From: Callorhinchus milii
Taxonomy: Eukaryota
Length of the DNA: 64,000 nt
Assembly: GCF_018977255.1 (NCBI RefSeq)
Contig: NW_024704742.1
Span: 69,256,001-69,320,000 of the forward strand
Direction of reading: 5' to 3'
Shown: piece after piece, positions 1 through 14,360 of the stretch
How the letters are laid out: the number at the start of each line of letters is the position of its first letter
How positions within the stretch are numbered: position 1 is the stretch's first letter
Made by a program: the position numbers and the translations under genes
The notes under the pieces: generated by a model
Seen by the model: only the letters and a program-made list of their open reading frames with translations
Told to the model about the DNA's origin: nothing
The model's database searches: none

Positions 1-2304
1 AAGGATTATTATCATCATCATTATTATTAGAAATAAAAGTGAATGTTGTTATATGATATAATAATCATTGCATTGATGCAGTGCCTTCTGCATCGTCAGG
101 AGTTCTCAAATTGCTTCACAGGATTTACTATAAAGTGCACTGACTGTGTGTTTTGTAGGTGAATGTGGCAGCCAATCCGTAAACAGCCACGAAGCGAATG
201 ACCAATTTTAACTATCTTTTTCCCCCTCTTCACTCACCACAAAGAACGACTAAGAGGAAGGCTTAATATCCAGTTTATGTTTAAGAGCTAACAATTCGAT
301 AATTGCTGCCTCGCTAAAATTCGTTGGATCAGTCTCCCAATAATTGGCTTAATTGATATTTTCGTTCCAGTCTTAAACTGGGCTGCATAATGAGGCTGGC
401 ATTACCAACAATAACTTGCACTATATAGCGCATTTCACACAGAGCGAGTGAGCGTCTTAAAGTACTTCACAGACACGTTGTGAGCCACCGAGTGAGGGAG
501 CGAGAAAGGTGCTGCATTATCAGAGGCACTGTGCTTCGGATGAGATGTTAAACCAAGATCCCGTCTATGCTTTGCTTTCGATTTCAAGAATCCTTTAACC
601 CATTTACAAATCTCACTACCCACTGCTTCCGCTCGGCTATCTCTGGCATCCCGCTTGTCCCTCGTCCACTCCGCTCCACCATTGGTGGCTGTGCTTTCAG
701 CTACTATGTCCCAAAGCTTTGGAACTCTCTTCCCCCAATCCCTCCGCCTTTCCCCTTCTCTTCTTTTCCGGTCACCTCCTCCCTCCATCTGGCTTCGTGT
801 CAGTCTCCGCCAATGTTAAGCGCTCTGAAACGCTGCCATGCATGAAAGGGCACTATATAAATCAAGTTATTGTTATTGTCTGACTAGGTGGACGTTAAAG
901 ATTTCATGGAGCGATTCGAAAATAGAAGGGAATTTCACTCTCTCGCTTCGTGGCCAACAACCCCCCAGTTACAATCAGTCACTCAGTCCATGGCTTTGTG
1001 GGACGTTGCTGGGTGAAAATTCGCTGTCGAGTTGGCCTTACCATATCACTTTACAGTATATCTTGTGACGTGCTTTGAGATGTCTCAACGATGTGATAAG
1101 GAGCTGTATCAAATGCAATGACAATTTCAAGTCTCCAAATCAAATGACTGAGAACTCCAGTGTGTGTTTGAAAAATGAGACCCATTTATCTGATATGGAG
1201 TGCAAACTCTCTCTCTTTCCCTCCTCCCTGGAAAGATTTGATCTAATTCCCAGACATTTAGGCAAAGGTTGGCAAGTGCCAAGCCTGAGGAACACTAGAT
1301 TATATGTTTGGGGGTAACTTCTTATTGTAATCACTGTCTGGCAGGCTTTTCTGCAGCTTGTGCAGATAGGACCACCCTAGCTGTCATGGCCTTTACTTGC
1401 AGGTTAACAGGAGCTGAGTTGGAAGAGTCCCTGCCCCAGTGACTGATCTGCCCTTCCACGTCCTGCCATTGAGCCAGGCTGGGCTGTGCCCTGGAATACC
1501 GCAGACCCGCCTGGCTCAGGAATCGGACTAGAGACCGTCACGAAGGATGGGCTTGATTCTGACATTCCGTTGCCGAGCACGTCAGCCTAGGGCTAGCTCA
1601 GCCCCTGCTAACCTCCCCCCAAACCCCAGGAGGCAAACACAGTCACTACACTTTACAATAAATCCTATGAAGCTCTTTGAGGATTGCTCCCGTCATGAAA
1701 TGAGCAAAGTCAAAAACAGGGATTGTTTGTGATTTATCACTTCAGCCACAAGATTATTAATAGCTCTGATAATATTTTTAAAAAAGGTTTTTTTGATCAG
1801 CCGGGTCTCTGACCCATCACCACGCTTAGGAGTCTCCAAACATGGAAATCCCAGAGATAGATTATTGGAATTGCTCTCTCCCTGGAGGGATACATCCTGT
1901 TTACCTAATTCCAGAAAGTATTAGAGGCACAGGTTGGCAAGAGCCAAGGCTTGGGGATCCCAGAGTGTGCGTTGAGGAACTGCTGGAGACTAACCAGCTA
2001 AAACCGCATAGTTTGCCATTGAGAGCATAGCAATAACATGGTGGAACAGGCTGGATGGGCTGAATGGTCTCATCCTGATCCTGTGTCACCAAGAAGGAGG
2101 ATGTGACATCAGCCACGCTCCCTACTTTAGTTTCTCGTGTCTCCTAACAGCGCATTTCTTCTTCCAATTAAAATGGCAGGGAACGGGATCAACCTCCCTC
2201 CTCTTTTCGAATAGTATCGAGGGTCCTTTAACCGCCACCTTAACAGGCAGCTCGGTTTAACGTCTCTTCTGAAGGACGGTAGCTTCGACAATGCAGTACT
2301 TTGT

Positions 2305-2750
2305 TCCCCTCTCTCTGTTTCCAAGTCTCTCTCTCTCCTCTTTCTCGTGCTCTCTCTCGTCCCTCTCACTCTCTCTCCCCACTCTTTCTTACCGCTTTTC
2401 TCTCTCGCCCCCCCCTTCTCTCTCTCTCTCCATTCTTTCTTGCCCTTTTCTCTCTCGCTACCTCGCTCTTCCCCCCGCCTCACCCTTCTATCTCTCTCTT
2501 TCCCTCTCTCCCGCTTTCTGACCACTCTCTTTCTCTTCCCCTTTCTCTCCCCCCTTCTCTCTCCTTTTCCTTCTCGCTTCACCCTTCTATCTTTCTTTCC
2601 ACTCTTTCTCGCTTTCTCTCTCCCCACTCTTTCGCTCTTTCCCCTATGCTTTCCCCCATCTCTCTCTCCCCCCATCTCTCTCCCTCTGTCTTCTCTTCTC
2701 CATACCCTCCTTTTCTCTCTCTCTTTCCCCTTTCCCTCTCCCCTCTGCCT
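2305..2750. repeat. Polypyrimidine (CT-rich) low-complexity tract
   Basis: About 450 nt, almost entirely C/T on the plus strand. Confidence 0.95.
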
Positions 2751-5700
2751 CGCACAACCTGTTAACCTAGAGGCAAGAGTGCTCCTCACTGAGCCAGGCT
2801 GACACCCGCTCACCCTTCAGTTCTAATAGATCGAGCATTGTACAGGAGGAGGAGAGAGCCCCAACATTCAGCTCGGGGGTGAGGGGGAGGGAGGGGGACC
2901 CAGCACCAGACAGCTGTTGCACGATAGACGTAAGGAACAGGTGGAAAGTGAGAGAGGGATGGAGTTGCAGCTTCCCTCTCTAGTTCTCTCGTTCTCTCAC
3001 CCACCCACCACTGCTCCACCCCTCCTGCACTCACTGCCTCAAGGCATCTTCCCATTCATACTCCACTAATCTGCCTGCAGGCCAGCACCGCCTGTGATTT
3101 ATCTCTCTCTCTGGGTGGCTGGGGCGGGCTAGGTTCCACTCCAGACTCCTCTGCCGTGCCTCCAGGCAACATTAAAGCATAATTTATGCCATTAATTAAA
3201 GTCTGGGGGGGAATAAAAGGAGAGCTATTAGCAGACGGCTTGCGAGGAACGGGTGGAAAGTCTGAGGGGGAGCTTCGCTCCGACTTGCAAGGGATTAACA
3301 GAATGGATGTTTCTCAAACGGATCATTTTCTATCCTGTAATAACACAGGCACTCTCTTCATTACTTTGGTTGCTCTCCTTAATGTTGCAGCAAACAAAAT
3401 CGCTCGCTCACTTCATGGCTGTTTGGGTCAACTTTGCTGTGCGCAGTATCGCTGCGGTGTTCGCCTGCAAAATGCACAGTCACTACACGTTATTTTGCCC
3501 ACAAAATATACAGTCAGTTCACTTTACAGTATATTCTGTGAAACGCTTTGAGACGTCTCAAAGTCATGATAAGGTGCTATATCAAATGCAAGGATTATTG
3601 TTATTATTACTTTGTGGTCAAATCCTATGAAGCACTTTGAGACATCTTGGAGACATGATACAGCAACAACAACAACTTGCAGTTATATAGTTTCCTTATG
3701 CGGGGCAGCGTCTCTGAACGCTTAACAGTGGCGGAGCCTTACGCCGAGCCAGGGGAGGTGACTGTAGAGGAAGATCTTCCAGTGAGATCTGAAATGTAGA
3801 CCTGCAGTCCCATCTGCCTGTACAGGTGGACGTTAAAGGTCTCATGACACTATCTGGTTTGGTGTGGTGTTCAAACATTCTTTAGATTAACTAGTCTCTC
3901 ATCTCACGGCTGCTTACTGGAATTTGTAATTTGCATTGTCTCACAGACTCCCTTCTCTTTTCAAGAAGTAACATCAAATATTTAATGTCCACCTGAACAA
4001 GTAGATGGGACTTTGGTTTAATGTCTCATCTGAAGGACTTGCACCTTACAGAGGTGAGAGGTCCTCAGCACTGCATCAGTGTGTCAGCCTATGTGAGTTC
4101 AAGGTTCTGACATGGGATGAGGTTGGTGCTTGAACCCACAAGCTTTTGACCTGGAGGTGTGAGCGCTACAAGAAGTGCTTGTAAGTGCCTGAAAAGGAGA
4201 AATGAAAATTATCTATGATCAATAAACATATCTATGATCAATATTGGCAATCAGTATTGAAGACCGGCCTCACATTCACGTGTCTCCATTGACTGCTCAC
4301 CCCACTCTATACCTGCGGGCACATCCGGTCATTGACAATGTTGGTCAAGATATTACTCCATCCGAAAAGCACAATCCTTAAACCCTACATTTGATGTTAT
4401 GTCTTTCATGTCGGCAGGCTGTCCTTAAGCTCTTCACTAATAAAGTTTCCACGGTAATAATATTAATCCATGCATTTGATCTAGTGCCTTATCATGTCAT
4501 CGAGATGCCTCAAAGTGCTTCATAGGATACACTGTAAAGTGAATTGATTGTGTATGTTGTGGGCGAAAAGCAGCAGCCAGTTGCACACAGCAGTGTCCCA
4601 TAAACAGCCACAAAACAAGTAACCAATTTTAGTTGGGGAATTTGTTGGCTAGGACACCGGGCAAAATTATCTTCTCTTTTCGAATAGTGCCATGGGATCT
4701 TTAACAGCCATCTGAACAGGCAGACGGAACCTCGGTTTAACATCTCATCCAGAGTACAGCATCTCCGACAATGCAATGCTCCCCCAGCATTGTATTGGAG
4801 TGACTCTGACTCAGGGGTGAGACACACAGCCTGGGGAGCACTTTAGGATGCCCTCCTGATGTGAAAGATGCTATTTCAAATGTAAGGAATACTATTATTA
4901 TTATTCACAGTACGTACTGTAAACTGCTGTGACTGGATGTATTTCGCAGGTGAATACCCAGAAACCTTGCATATAAATGCAAAATATTGTGGCTGTTTAT
5001 GGGATGTTGTTGGGGCAGATTAACCTTTGACAGCATTAACTGCACTTGAGACATAACACCTTCTCCAAAGCACTTTGTGATATTTTGACATGTCAAGGTG
5101 ACTGAAGAATCATTCAGATGTTACTTCACAATTGGGGAACAAAGGAGGAAACAGATTTGAGGCTAACGCTGTTAGAAATAAATATTAATGGCAGTCACTT
5201 CTGAAAGTGCCCAAAGCAGTGTAAATATAAATCCTCTATTTATGCCGAGCCTTGTAATGTCAACATGTCACAAAACACTTTGAAGGCTGTTGCTAATAAT
5301 AATAATCCTTACATTTGGAGTCCTGTGGCTTTAGAGCACTCGCCTCACACACGAGAGGACCTGGGTTTGATCCCTGGACAGGACAAAAGATTAGGCAAGT
5401 TTCCTTACTCCACCTACCTTTGTTTACCTAGCAGTAAGAAGGAACCGGCTGTTAGTCAATTGGCGGGTCGCTTTTCTGAAGGTAATTGGCTGCCGCATTT
5501 CACCCACAAAATACAAAGTCAATTCACTTTACAATATATTCTGTGAAGTGCTTTCAGCCGTGATAAAGCACTATATCAAATGTAATGATTATTATTATTA
5601 TATTATGAATCTTGGCTCCATGACCCTATCACCCCCACCGTCGCCCAGCTCCCCATTCTGCAGAGGATAGACAAAACACAAAATACCCTTAAAAGCCTCT

Positions 5701-5965
5701 CCCTCCCAACAGACCCCAGTCTCTCCTGTCTCCTTCAGGTCACATCTCAAGACCCTCCTCTTCGACCGTGCCTTGGCTACCCTCCTACCCCTACCCTCCC
5801 TGCCCTTCACCCCCTATTTACCTCCAAACATCTATCTGAGATGTTTGGAGGTAAATAGATTAACCTGAACTTCCAAATCTCTGACAATTTGTACAAGAAA
5901 CATCGTTTTTTTTCCAAAATAGGAAAAGCAAAACTGTTCTTTCTCAGGCAATTTAATTTTCTCTT

Positions 5966-6282
5966 TAATAATAATAATAATCCTTGCATTTGATATAGCG
6001 CTTTTCACATCAGGAGGACGTCCCAAAGCGCTTCACAGAACACACTGTAAAGTGAATTGATTGTATATTTGTGGGCAAACGCTGCAGCCAATTGCGCACA
6101 ACAATGTCCCACAAACAGTCGTAGATTGAAAATAACCAATTTATTATTGTTTTTGGTTTTGGAGGGATTATTATTAGGGTGTGGAGTAAGGAAACTTGCC
6201 CAAGGTTTTGCCCTGCCTGGAATTGAACCCAGGTCACTTGCTTGCAAAGCGAGTGCTCTAACCACTGAGCTACAGGACTCCA
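5966..6282 (-). mobile_element. SINE family A, young short subfamily
   Basis: Close reverse complement of the copy at 20480-20812. Confidence 0.9.
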
Positions 6283-6439
6283 CGAGTCCTTTAACTCTAT
6301 TTCGGGATAATAATCGTCATATTTGACACAGATCCTTTCCTGTCTGGAGGATGTATCAACAGCAACAACAACAAATTACACATATAGTGCCCTTCACGAT
6401 GTGAGGCGCTGGTCAGTTAAGGATTCGGTCCTGAGCTAG

Positions 6440-6812
6440 GAGTCTCAAAGCACTTCATAGGATTTACCATGAAATGTTGTGATTGTGTACTTTTAGGTGA
6501 ACGTGGCAGCCAATTTGTGTACAGCAGTGGCCCACAAACAGCCAAGGAAGTGAATGAGCAATTTTCATCTGGGGGAATTGTCAGTCAGGACACTAAGAGA
6601 AACTCCCTTCTCTTTTCGAATAGTGCCACAGGATCTTTAGCATCCACCTGAACAGACAACGAGGGCCTTGGTTTAACATTTCATTCAAAGGACAGCACTT
6701 CCAAGCGTTGCACTGAAGTGTCGGCCTAGACTGTGAACTCAAAGTTCTAACATGGGACTTGAACCCACAACCTTCAGACTCGTAGGCGAGAGTGCTACTG
6801 ACTGAGCCAGGC
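6440..6812 (-). mobile_element. SINE family B
   Basis: Reverse complement of the family B head and core. Confidence 0.75.
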
Positions 6813-8594
6813 CAAAGCACATTGTCCTTTTGTATGCTCTTCCAATGCTGCTTTAGTAACAATCAGGGTTTGAATTTGACACAGCTCTCACAGATTAAAC
6901 GTGATGTAAGCGATTTTTGGTGCTTGAGCACACTTGCCTTGAAATCACACTGGAGACAAGGCAGCTGTCAAAGGCAGCAGCTGGTGAGAGAGTATTTTTC
7001 TAAGTAATGAGCGAAGAGTCATTCATTGTGCTGGTAGAATTATAATATGTCATATTGATAATAATATTTAGATTGAACGATATTAATACATATGTCTAAC
7101 GCCTTTCACATCGGGACACCTCAAAGCACTTCACAGGATCCAGAGTGCAGTGGAGTGACTGTATGTTTGGTAGGCGAACACGGCAGCCAATTTCCACACA
7201 GCAATGTCCCACAAACAGCCAATGAAATAAATGACCAATTATATTTGTTGGCCATGACACCGAGAGAATCTCCCTTCTCTTTTTGAATAGTGCCATGGGA
7301 TCTTTAATGTCCATCTGAACAGACAGACAGGACCTCGGTTTAACATCTGATCTCTAATAATAATCTTACATTTCCTATAGCTCTTATGATGTTGAAAAGG
7401 TTCATAAGGAATTATTGTCAAGTGACTGTGTATTTCTAGTCAGACCTGGAAACTAATTTTACACATAGCAAGGTCCCACGTACAGCCATCAGATGCTGAC
7501 TAGTTTATTTAGGCACCGGGAGAAATCCCAGTGTCTGAGACGTTATCCTCAGCTACATGATAATCCTTGCATTTGATATAGCGCCTTATCATGTCATTGA
7601 AATGTCTCAAAGTACTTCACAGAATATATTTAAAGTATTTGTAAAGACTTGTATATTTTGTGGGCAAAATGCGGCAGCCAATTGCTTACAGCAATGTCCC
7701 ACAAACAGTCGTGGATTAAGTGACCATTTTTTATTTTTGGAGGTATTACAACCCCCAGAAAGTGATACACCAATCGACCAACAACTGGGTCCCTACTTAC
7801 TGTTAGATAAACAGAGGTATGTGGAGTAAGAGAACTCGCCCAGCTCTGGATTCAAATCTGGGTCCTCTCGCTTGTGAGACGAGTGCTCTAACCACTATGC
7901 TACTGGACCCCACTCCATAATTAGGTGTTATATCAAGTGGAAGAGATACCACCAGGAGAAAAAACCGCTGAAATTAAAGAGTAGTTAGACCGTGGAATGT
8001 GTTACTACAATTGCATGTAGAAGCCAAGTCCATAACAGTATTTAAAAGGGAATTGGATAAATACTTGAAGGAGCCTAATTAAAGAGAACAAGGAAGAGAG
8101 CGGGGGATATGGGATTAGGAGAACATTACATTTTTACAGCTTTCAATATCTCATCTCAAGTTCACAGTAATGACTGTCAATTTCCAGGGCTGTTCCTTTG
8201 TTAGAGTAGATGAGAACAGTAAATGACTTCAATGGAGAAAGTTGAGGGGTGCTATGATCAAGGTGTTCAAAACAGAAAAAGGGTTTGAGAGAATTATCTT
8301 GGAAAACCTCTTTGTAATGGGATTAGAGGATAAGAGGGCACAGTTTCATGGTTAGGACAAGGGGAATATAATAATAATAATAACAGTAACAACTTGTGTT
8401 TTATACAGTGCCCTTCACGTCTTGGAGTGCTTCACAACGATGGAGTCAGACTCTGAGGAAGGGAGTGAATGCAGTTGAAGAGGTAGGTTTTTCAGAAGGA
8501 TTTTATTAATAATAATAACAATAATAATACTTGCATTTGATATAGCGCCTTATCACATTGTTAAGACATCTCAAAATGCTTCAGAGAATATACA

Positions 8595-9090
8595 ACAAGA
8601 TAAACAACAAATTACATTTATATAGTGCCTTTCACGTCGGGAGGAGTCCCGAGGCGCTGGACAATCATGGATTTGGACCTGAGCAGGGGATTGGGATCAG
8701 GGTAGGGTGTCCAAAGGTGTGGACGAAGAGAAAGATCTTGAGATGTGCCTTGAAGGAGGCAAAGAAGGAAGTGAGAAAAAAGGGACTATGCAATGGAGTT
8801 CCATAGGGTGGGGGCAGAGAGCCTGAAAGCCCGACCGCAATGGTGGGGTGGGCCGGGGACATGAAGCAGGCCAGAGCCTGCTGAGCAGAGGGAGTGGACG
8901 GTTAATAAGGAGTTAGCAGGTCAAAGAGGAGGCAAGGCCGTGGAGGACTTTGAAGGTGAGGATGAAGATTTTGAACTCTAGCCTCTGGGGGATGGGGAGC
9001 CAGTGGAGTCAGGCGAGGGTGGGGGTGATGGGGTCATGGCGTTCTGGATGATCTGCAGCTTGTGGAGGGAAGAGTTGGGAAGGCCGAAAG
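8595..9090 (-). mobile_element. L2 3' fragment
   Basis: SFKAHLKIFLF remnant and L2-type terminal stem-loop and tail. Confidence 0.75.
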
Positions 9091-12000
9091 TGGGAAGTTT
9101 TCGTCATCAAGCTTATATGTAAGTGAATCCCAGTGTCACGGCCTCAATCACCTTTCCTGGTAACCTGTTCCAGTCGTTAATTAGCTCCGGGGTAAATAAA
9201 TACTTCTCGGTATCTATCCTTTACTACTCTGAACCCATATTCTCTTGTATCAAATGCGAGGATAATTATTATCTGATACCATCTGATGTGGTCTGCCACA
9301 ATGGTTAGTCAGTTCTGTCACTTTGGTGACTGAATCTGTGGAGTCCTAATCTCAATGAAGAGTTAGCCACTTGATGGTGCAATAATAATAATAATCCTCG
9401 CATTTTATATAACGCCTTATCATGTTGTTGAGTTGTCTCAAAGAGCTTCACAGGATATCCTTTAAAGTGGAGTGATGTGTATTTTGTGGGCGAAACGCAG
9501 CAGCCAGTTGCATTCAGCTGGGTCCCACAAACAGAATTCAGTGACCAATTTTATTTGGGGGATTGTTGGCCAGAACACTGGGAGAAACTTCCTTCTCTTT
9601 TCGAATAGTGCCATGAGATCTTTAACATCCACCTGAACAGACAGATGGGACTTTAGTTTAACATCTCATCCAAAGGACCGCATCTCTGACAATCCAACAG
9701 CCCCAGCGCTTCTACAAGACCATTCACGGCCTTGCTCCCTCATACCCCACCAACCTACTATCCCTCTACCTACCTGCCCGTACCCTCCATTCCTCTGGCT
9801 CCGGTCTGCTCCACATCCCACGATCCCTTCACCTCACTTTCTCCCTTGCCTCCTTCAAGGCCGGTCTCAAGACCCTTCTCTTTGACTATGCCTTTGGTCT
9901 CCCTGTCAACTCTCTGCCTTCCCTCACCCCTACACCACCCCTTCCCCATGTTTGAGCTCCGACACCTGACTGTTCAGCGCTTTGGGACGTCCTCCCAACG
10001 TGAAAGGCGCTCTATAAATGTAATTTTGTTGTTTTGTTGTTGACAGAGGTGAGAGTGCTACCACTGCACCAGGCTAATACACAAGACACAAGAACACACA
10101 ACGAAGAATATGAGTGGCTTATTTTCTGTTCACCTCATTTTATTTGAACAAAACACACCCAGAAGGGTTCTTGGCAGTTTGGAATGAATTATTGCTTACA
10201 GAGAGTTATAATATAATAATGCTAATAATAATCCTTATATCTTGTACAGCCCCTTTCGTGTTGAGAGGACGTCCCAAAGTGCTTCACAAGATACTTTAGT
10301 AATAATCTAATACCTGCACTCCCTGTGAATGCCCCGTCCTTTGCATGAGATATTAAACCGAGGACCTGTCTGCCAGTTCAGGTGGACGTTAAAGACCCCA
10401 TGGCACTATTTGAAAAAAGAAGGGAGTTTCTCTCTTCCGGTTTCCTGGCCAACAAATCCCCCACATAAAATTGATCACCCACTCCATGGCTGTTTTGTGG
10501 GACATAACTGTGCGCAAACTGGCTGCTGCATTTTATCTACAAGATAAACGGTGTATCCTGTGAAGCCCTTTGAGATGTCTTGACAATGTGACAAGAATCA
10601 TCATCAGCAATCATACAAATGTACTGCACAGAAGGAGGAAATTTGGCACGTTAAAATCCATCCTGAGGCATGTTTTCTCATTGGAGTTATATCTTCGAAT
10701 CCTATTTCCCTGGTCTTTCCCCAACACCCCTTTATATTTTTTGGGTCAGCCAGGTGTCTGACACATGCAGAAACACATCACCATGCTTAAGAGTATCCAA
10801 AAAGAACTGAATGTTCCATGCATCCCACTTACACATGGAAATCCCGGAGATAGATTGTTGGAATGGAATATTCACTCTCTGTCTGGAGGGACACATCCTG
10901 ATTACCTAATTCTGGAAAGTATTACAAATATACAGTCAAAGAGTCAGCAATTTCTGTATCCATTGCCTGTTTTACACTTCTACAAGCACAACAGTGTTTG
11001 TTGCAATCAGTTAGGTGAAGAAGATGTTATCAAGCTCTTATTAAGAGTTTGAAAACACACCACTATGGAGGGTGGGGTGGGTGGGGGGAGAATGGATTTG
11101 AACATTGTAAACTAGGGTGCTTGCTATCTATGAATTAGTGTGGAATCCTGCAGTGTATTGGTTAGAGCACTCGCCTCCACACGCCTCTGTTGACCTACCA
11201 GTAAGTATGAACCTGGTTGTTACTTGCTTTTCCGGAAGTAATAATCCCTTCAAAAAATAATAATAATAATAATAATTTGGTCACTCAATCTACTACTATT
11301 TTTGGGACACTGTTGTGTGCAATTGGCTGCCGAGTTTTGCCCACAAAATATACAGTCAATTCACTTTACAGTATACTCTGTGAAGCGCTTTGAGATGTCT
11401 GGAAGACGTGAAAAGTGCTATATCAACTACAAGGATTATTATTAGTAGTATTATTAGGGGACAAGTTGGCAAAAACTGAGGCTTGGGGACCCTAGAGTGT
11501 GCATTGGGGTAACTGCTGGAGCCTCAATTTGTTTCTCTTTAAACATGCTCTTAAAAGATATGGCCCAGACTCGGTAGGCCAAATGGCTTTCTCTGTGCTG
11601 TAAATTTCTATGACTCTACGTATCCAATTCCCTTTAGAGACTTGGAATTCCTTCCTGCCTTTGTCTCCGACTCTGGCGAGAGATCAGAGGACCAAAGTTC
11701 TACTGGGGAGAAATTCTACCCGGGTCTAGATTTACCTTATTTAAACAGAATTTCAGAAGTACAGAACCTGCCAAATTCTGAAATGTAGCCTTATTTTTCT
11801 GTAAGTGTGTTTTATGAACTACAGAAAACAGATTTCAATGTTAGGGCTGAATTCAACAATTTGCCAAATTCTGGAAGTTATGAAATGCATTTACCTTCTG
11901 ACATTAATCTTACATTAAATAAGAGTAAAGTTAGACCCAGTGGGATTTCTCCCTATATATATTTCATTATCTCCTTTCACCATTTGATAGCCAATAGTGA

Positions 12001-12139
12001 AAAATTATTTCCACCAGTTGGTGAGTTAGTGCCTAAGAGGCTATTAATTTAAGATACAGTAGTTAGAAAATGAGCAAATTGGAAGATAAGGAGACACATT
12101 TTCACAGAGTGGTTATAATATGGAATATCCTATCCTAGG

Positions 12140-12492
12140 TTATGATTTAAGATAATAAAGGGATTTGATAGGGTAGATACAGAGAAGTTATTTTCTCTGG
12201 TGGGGGAATCCAAAACAAGGGGCATCGTCTTAAAATTAGAACCAGCACTTTTAAGAGTGAAATCAGGAAGCATTTTTTCACTCAAAGGGTGGTAGAAATC
12301 TGGAATTCATCCACACCTTCAAGAGTGAGGTTGATAGATTTTTGGTAGGTCAGGGTACTAAGGGATATGGGGAGAAAGCGGGAATTTGAAATTAAAAGGA
12401 TTAGTTGAGGTACAGATCAGCCATGATCTAATTAAATGGTGGAACAGGCTCAAATGGCTGAATGGGCTCCTCCTGTTCCTATGTTCCTATGA
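12140..12492 (+). mobile_element. CR1 3' fragment
   Basis: Same 3' region as the copy at 41452-41812, ending in a TTCCTATG x2 tail. Confidence 0.85.
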
Positions 12493-13512
12493 TAGGACCC
12501 TGCCCGGAACAGAACAGCCTAGACTGCCGTGGGGGCTTGAACCAGTGGCTAGACAGCTACCGACTTTTTATCATCCTTACCCCAAATTCATATCAATCGA
12601 TTGCTCATTTGTTGATTATGGGACATCAGCAACACTGATCAACTGCGTCTATTAGAACATTCTGTCCATTTCTTATCATAAGAACATAGGAAATGCTAGA
12701 TGAAAAAAGACCAAGATCGGTCTAGTTTGTCTTCGACCTTCCTGACCCCCGTATGCACATATGTCTCAAACTACTCATGTACTATATTATTGATTTATTT
12801 TGTAAGGTGCTTCAAGACGTACAAGGTGTCATAAATGCAAATCGTTTTTATTCTTCACGTGTTGACAGGTGAAAATATTCCATGGATGATTTACCTGACC
12901 TGCTCTTCAACGCTTCATAATCTTGAAGACCTTAATCAGGTCACCTCTTAACCTTCTTGGCTCTCGCTTTATAAAAAAANGTCCCTTCTCTGCTCCCGCA
13001 TTTTAAGAGTTTTTATTTGGAGGATAAAAGTCTCTCAAGTCTCTCTTCATGAACTGAAACTACTGATAACATCCCAGTGAATCCACTCTGCACCTTTCCA
13101 TTGCTTCACAACAAAATTGAGGGCAGACAAAGACAATGAAAAGTGGCTCCAGTCTCAGAAGGACTATAAGAATGTTATCTATGGAATGTTTCTGGTCGGA
13201 ATGACTAATGTAGATCCAGTTAGATACATATCCTGGAATCCTCTCTAAATCGTCCTTCAGGGTTAGAGAAGGTGGTGTTATCGAGAGACAAGCAACAAGG
13301 AACTGAACAGGTGGAGTGAGTCTCTCCAACCAGAACCTTTCTGTAGATGGCAATCATTGTCAGAATGCAGGAAAAAAATCCCAAATGTCCTGTTCCCATA
13401 CCCAACCTGCTTTGTGTCAGCCTGGTTCAGTTTATTCAAAAACTTGCGGGTTCAAGCCTTGAGTTAGGACATTGGGCTCACAGTTAAGGCTGATATTACA
13501 TTATCCGAAAGT

Positions 13513-13785
13513 ATCATAGAATCATAGAATCTTAAGCACAGAAGGAGGTCATTCGGCTCATTCTGCCTCTGCTGGCTCTTTGAAAGAGCTATCCAATTAG
13601 ACCCACTCCCCCGCTCTCTTTTGAAAGTTATTATGGAATCTGCTTCCACCACCTTTTCTGGCAACGTTTGCCAACTTGCTACATAAAAGAATTACTCCTC
13701 ATCTCCCCTCTGGTTCTTATGCCAATTATCTTAAATCTCTGTCTACTGGTTACCGAGCCACCCACCAATGGAAACAGTTTCTCCT
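13513..13785 (-). mobile_element. CR1 3' fragment (ATTCTATG-tail type; a similar copy is at 27147-27350)
   Basis: Tandem CATAGAAT on the plus strand and an MPEKVVEADSIITFKRE remnant. Confidence 0.8.
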
Positions 13786-13979
13786 GTCATTGCTGCATGC
13801 ACATTTGTTACTGCGTTTGCCTACAAGTACACAGTGACTACACTTTACAGTAAAATCCTGTGAAGCGCTTTGAGATGTTCTGATGACATGATAAGGTGCT
13901 ACAGCAAATGGAAGGATCATTTATTTATTATTTCAAAGATTTGCCAGGGCCCAGTGCTCTGGACAACTTAAATGAAACA

Positions 13980-14360
13980 AGTCATACAGCGCCTTTCATG
14001 CAGGTAACATTCAGAGTGCTTAACAGTGGTGAAGCTTGACAGCAAGCTAGGGAGAGAGGGGAGGTGACTGCAGGTCAATGAGAAAGGGCTTCAGGTGTGA
14101 TCTGAAGAAAGACAAGGAGAGGGACAAGGTGGAAGGATTGAGGCAGTGAGTTCCAGGATTTGGGGTGTAGCAGTTGAAACCACACCCACCCATAATGGCG
14201 TGGAGTGGTCTAAAGACATGTAGGCGGCCGGGAACAGCTGAGCGAAGGAGTTGGGTAGTGGAATGGGGTGTGAGTAGGTTGGAGAGGGAGGGAGGTACTG
14301 TAGCTTGAAGTGATTTGTAAGTAAGTTTGAGGATCATGAAGTCGATCTGGTAGATGGGGC
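13980..14360 (-). mobile_element. L2 3' fragment
   Basis: ILKLTYKSLQ...SHLKPFL remnant. Confidence 0.7.

Noticed and set aside
2127..2813. Long R/E/G-rich and S/L/P-rich ORFs
   Set aside because: Artefacts of the CT-rich tract, which lacks stop codons.
13060..13405. ORFs in a unique-looking block
   Set aside because: No recognisable domain or convincing splice pair.
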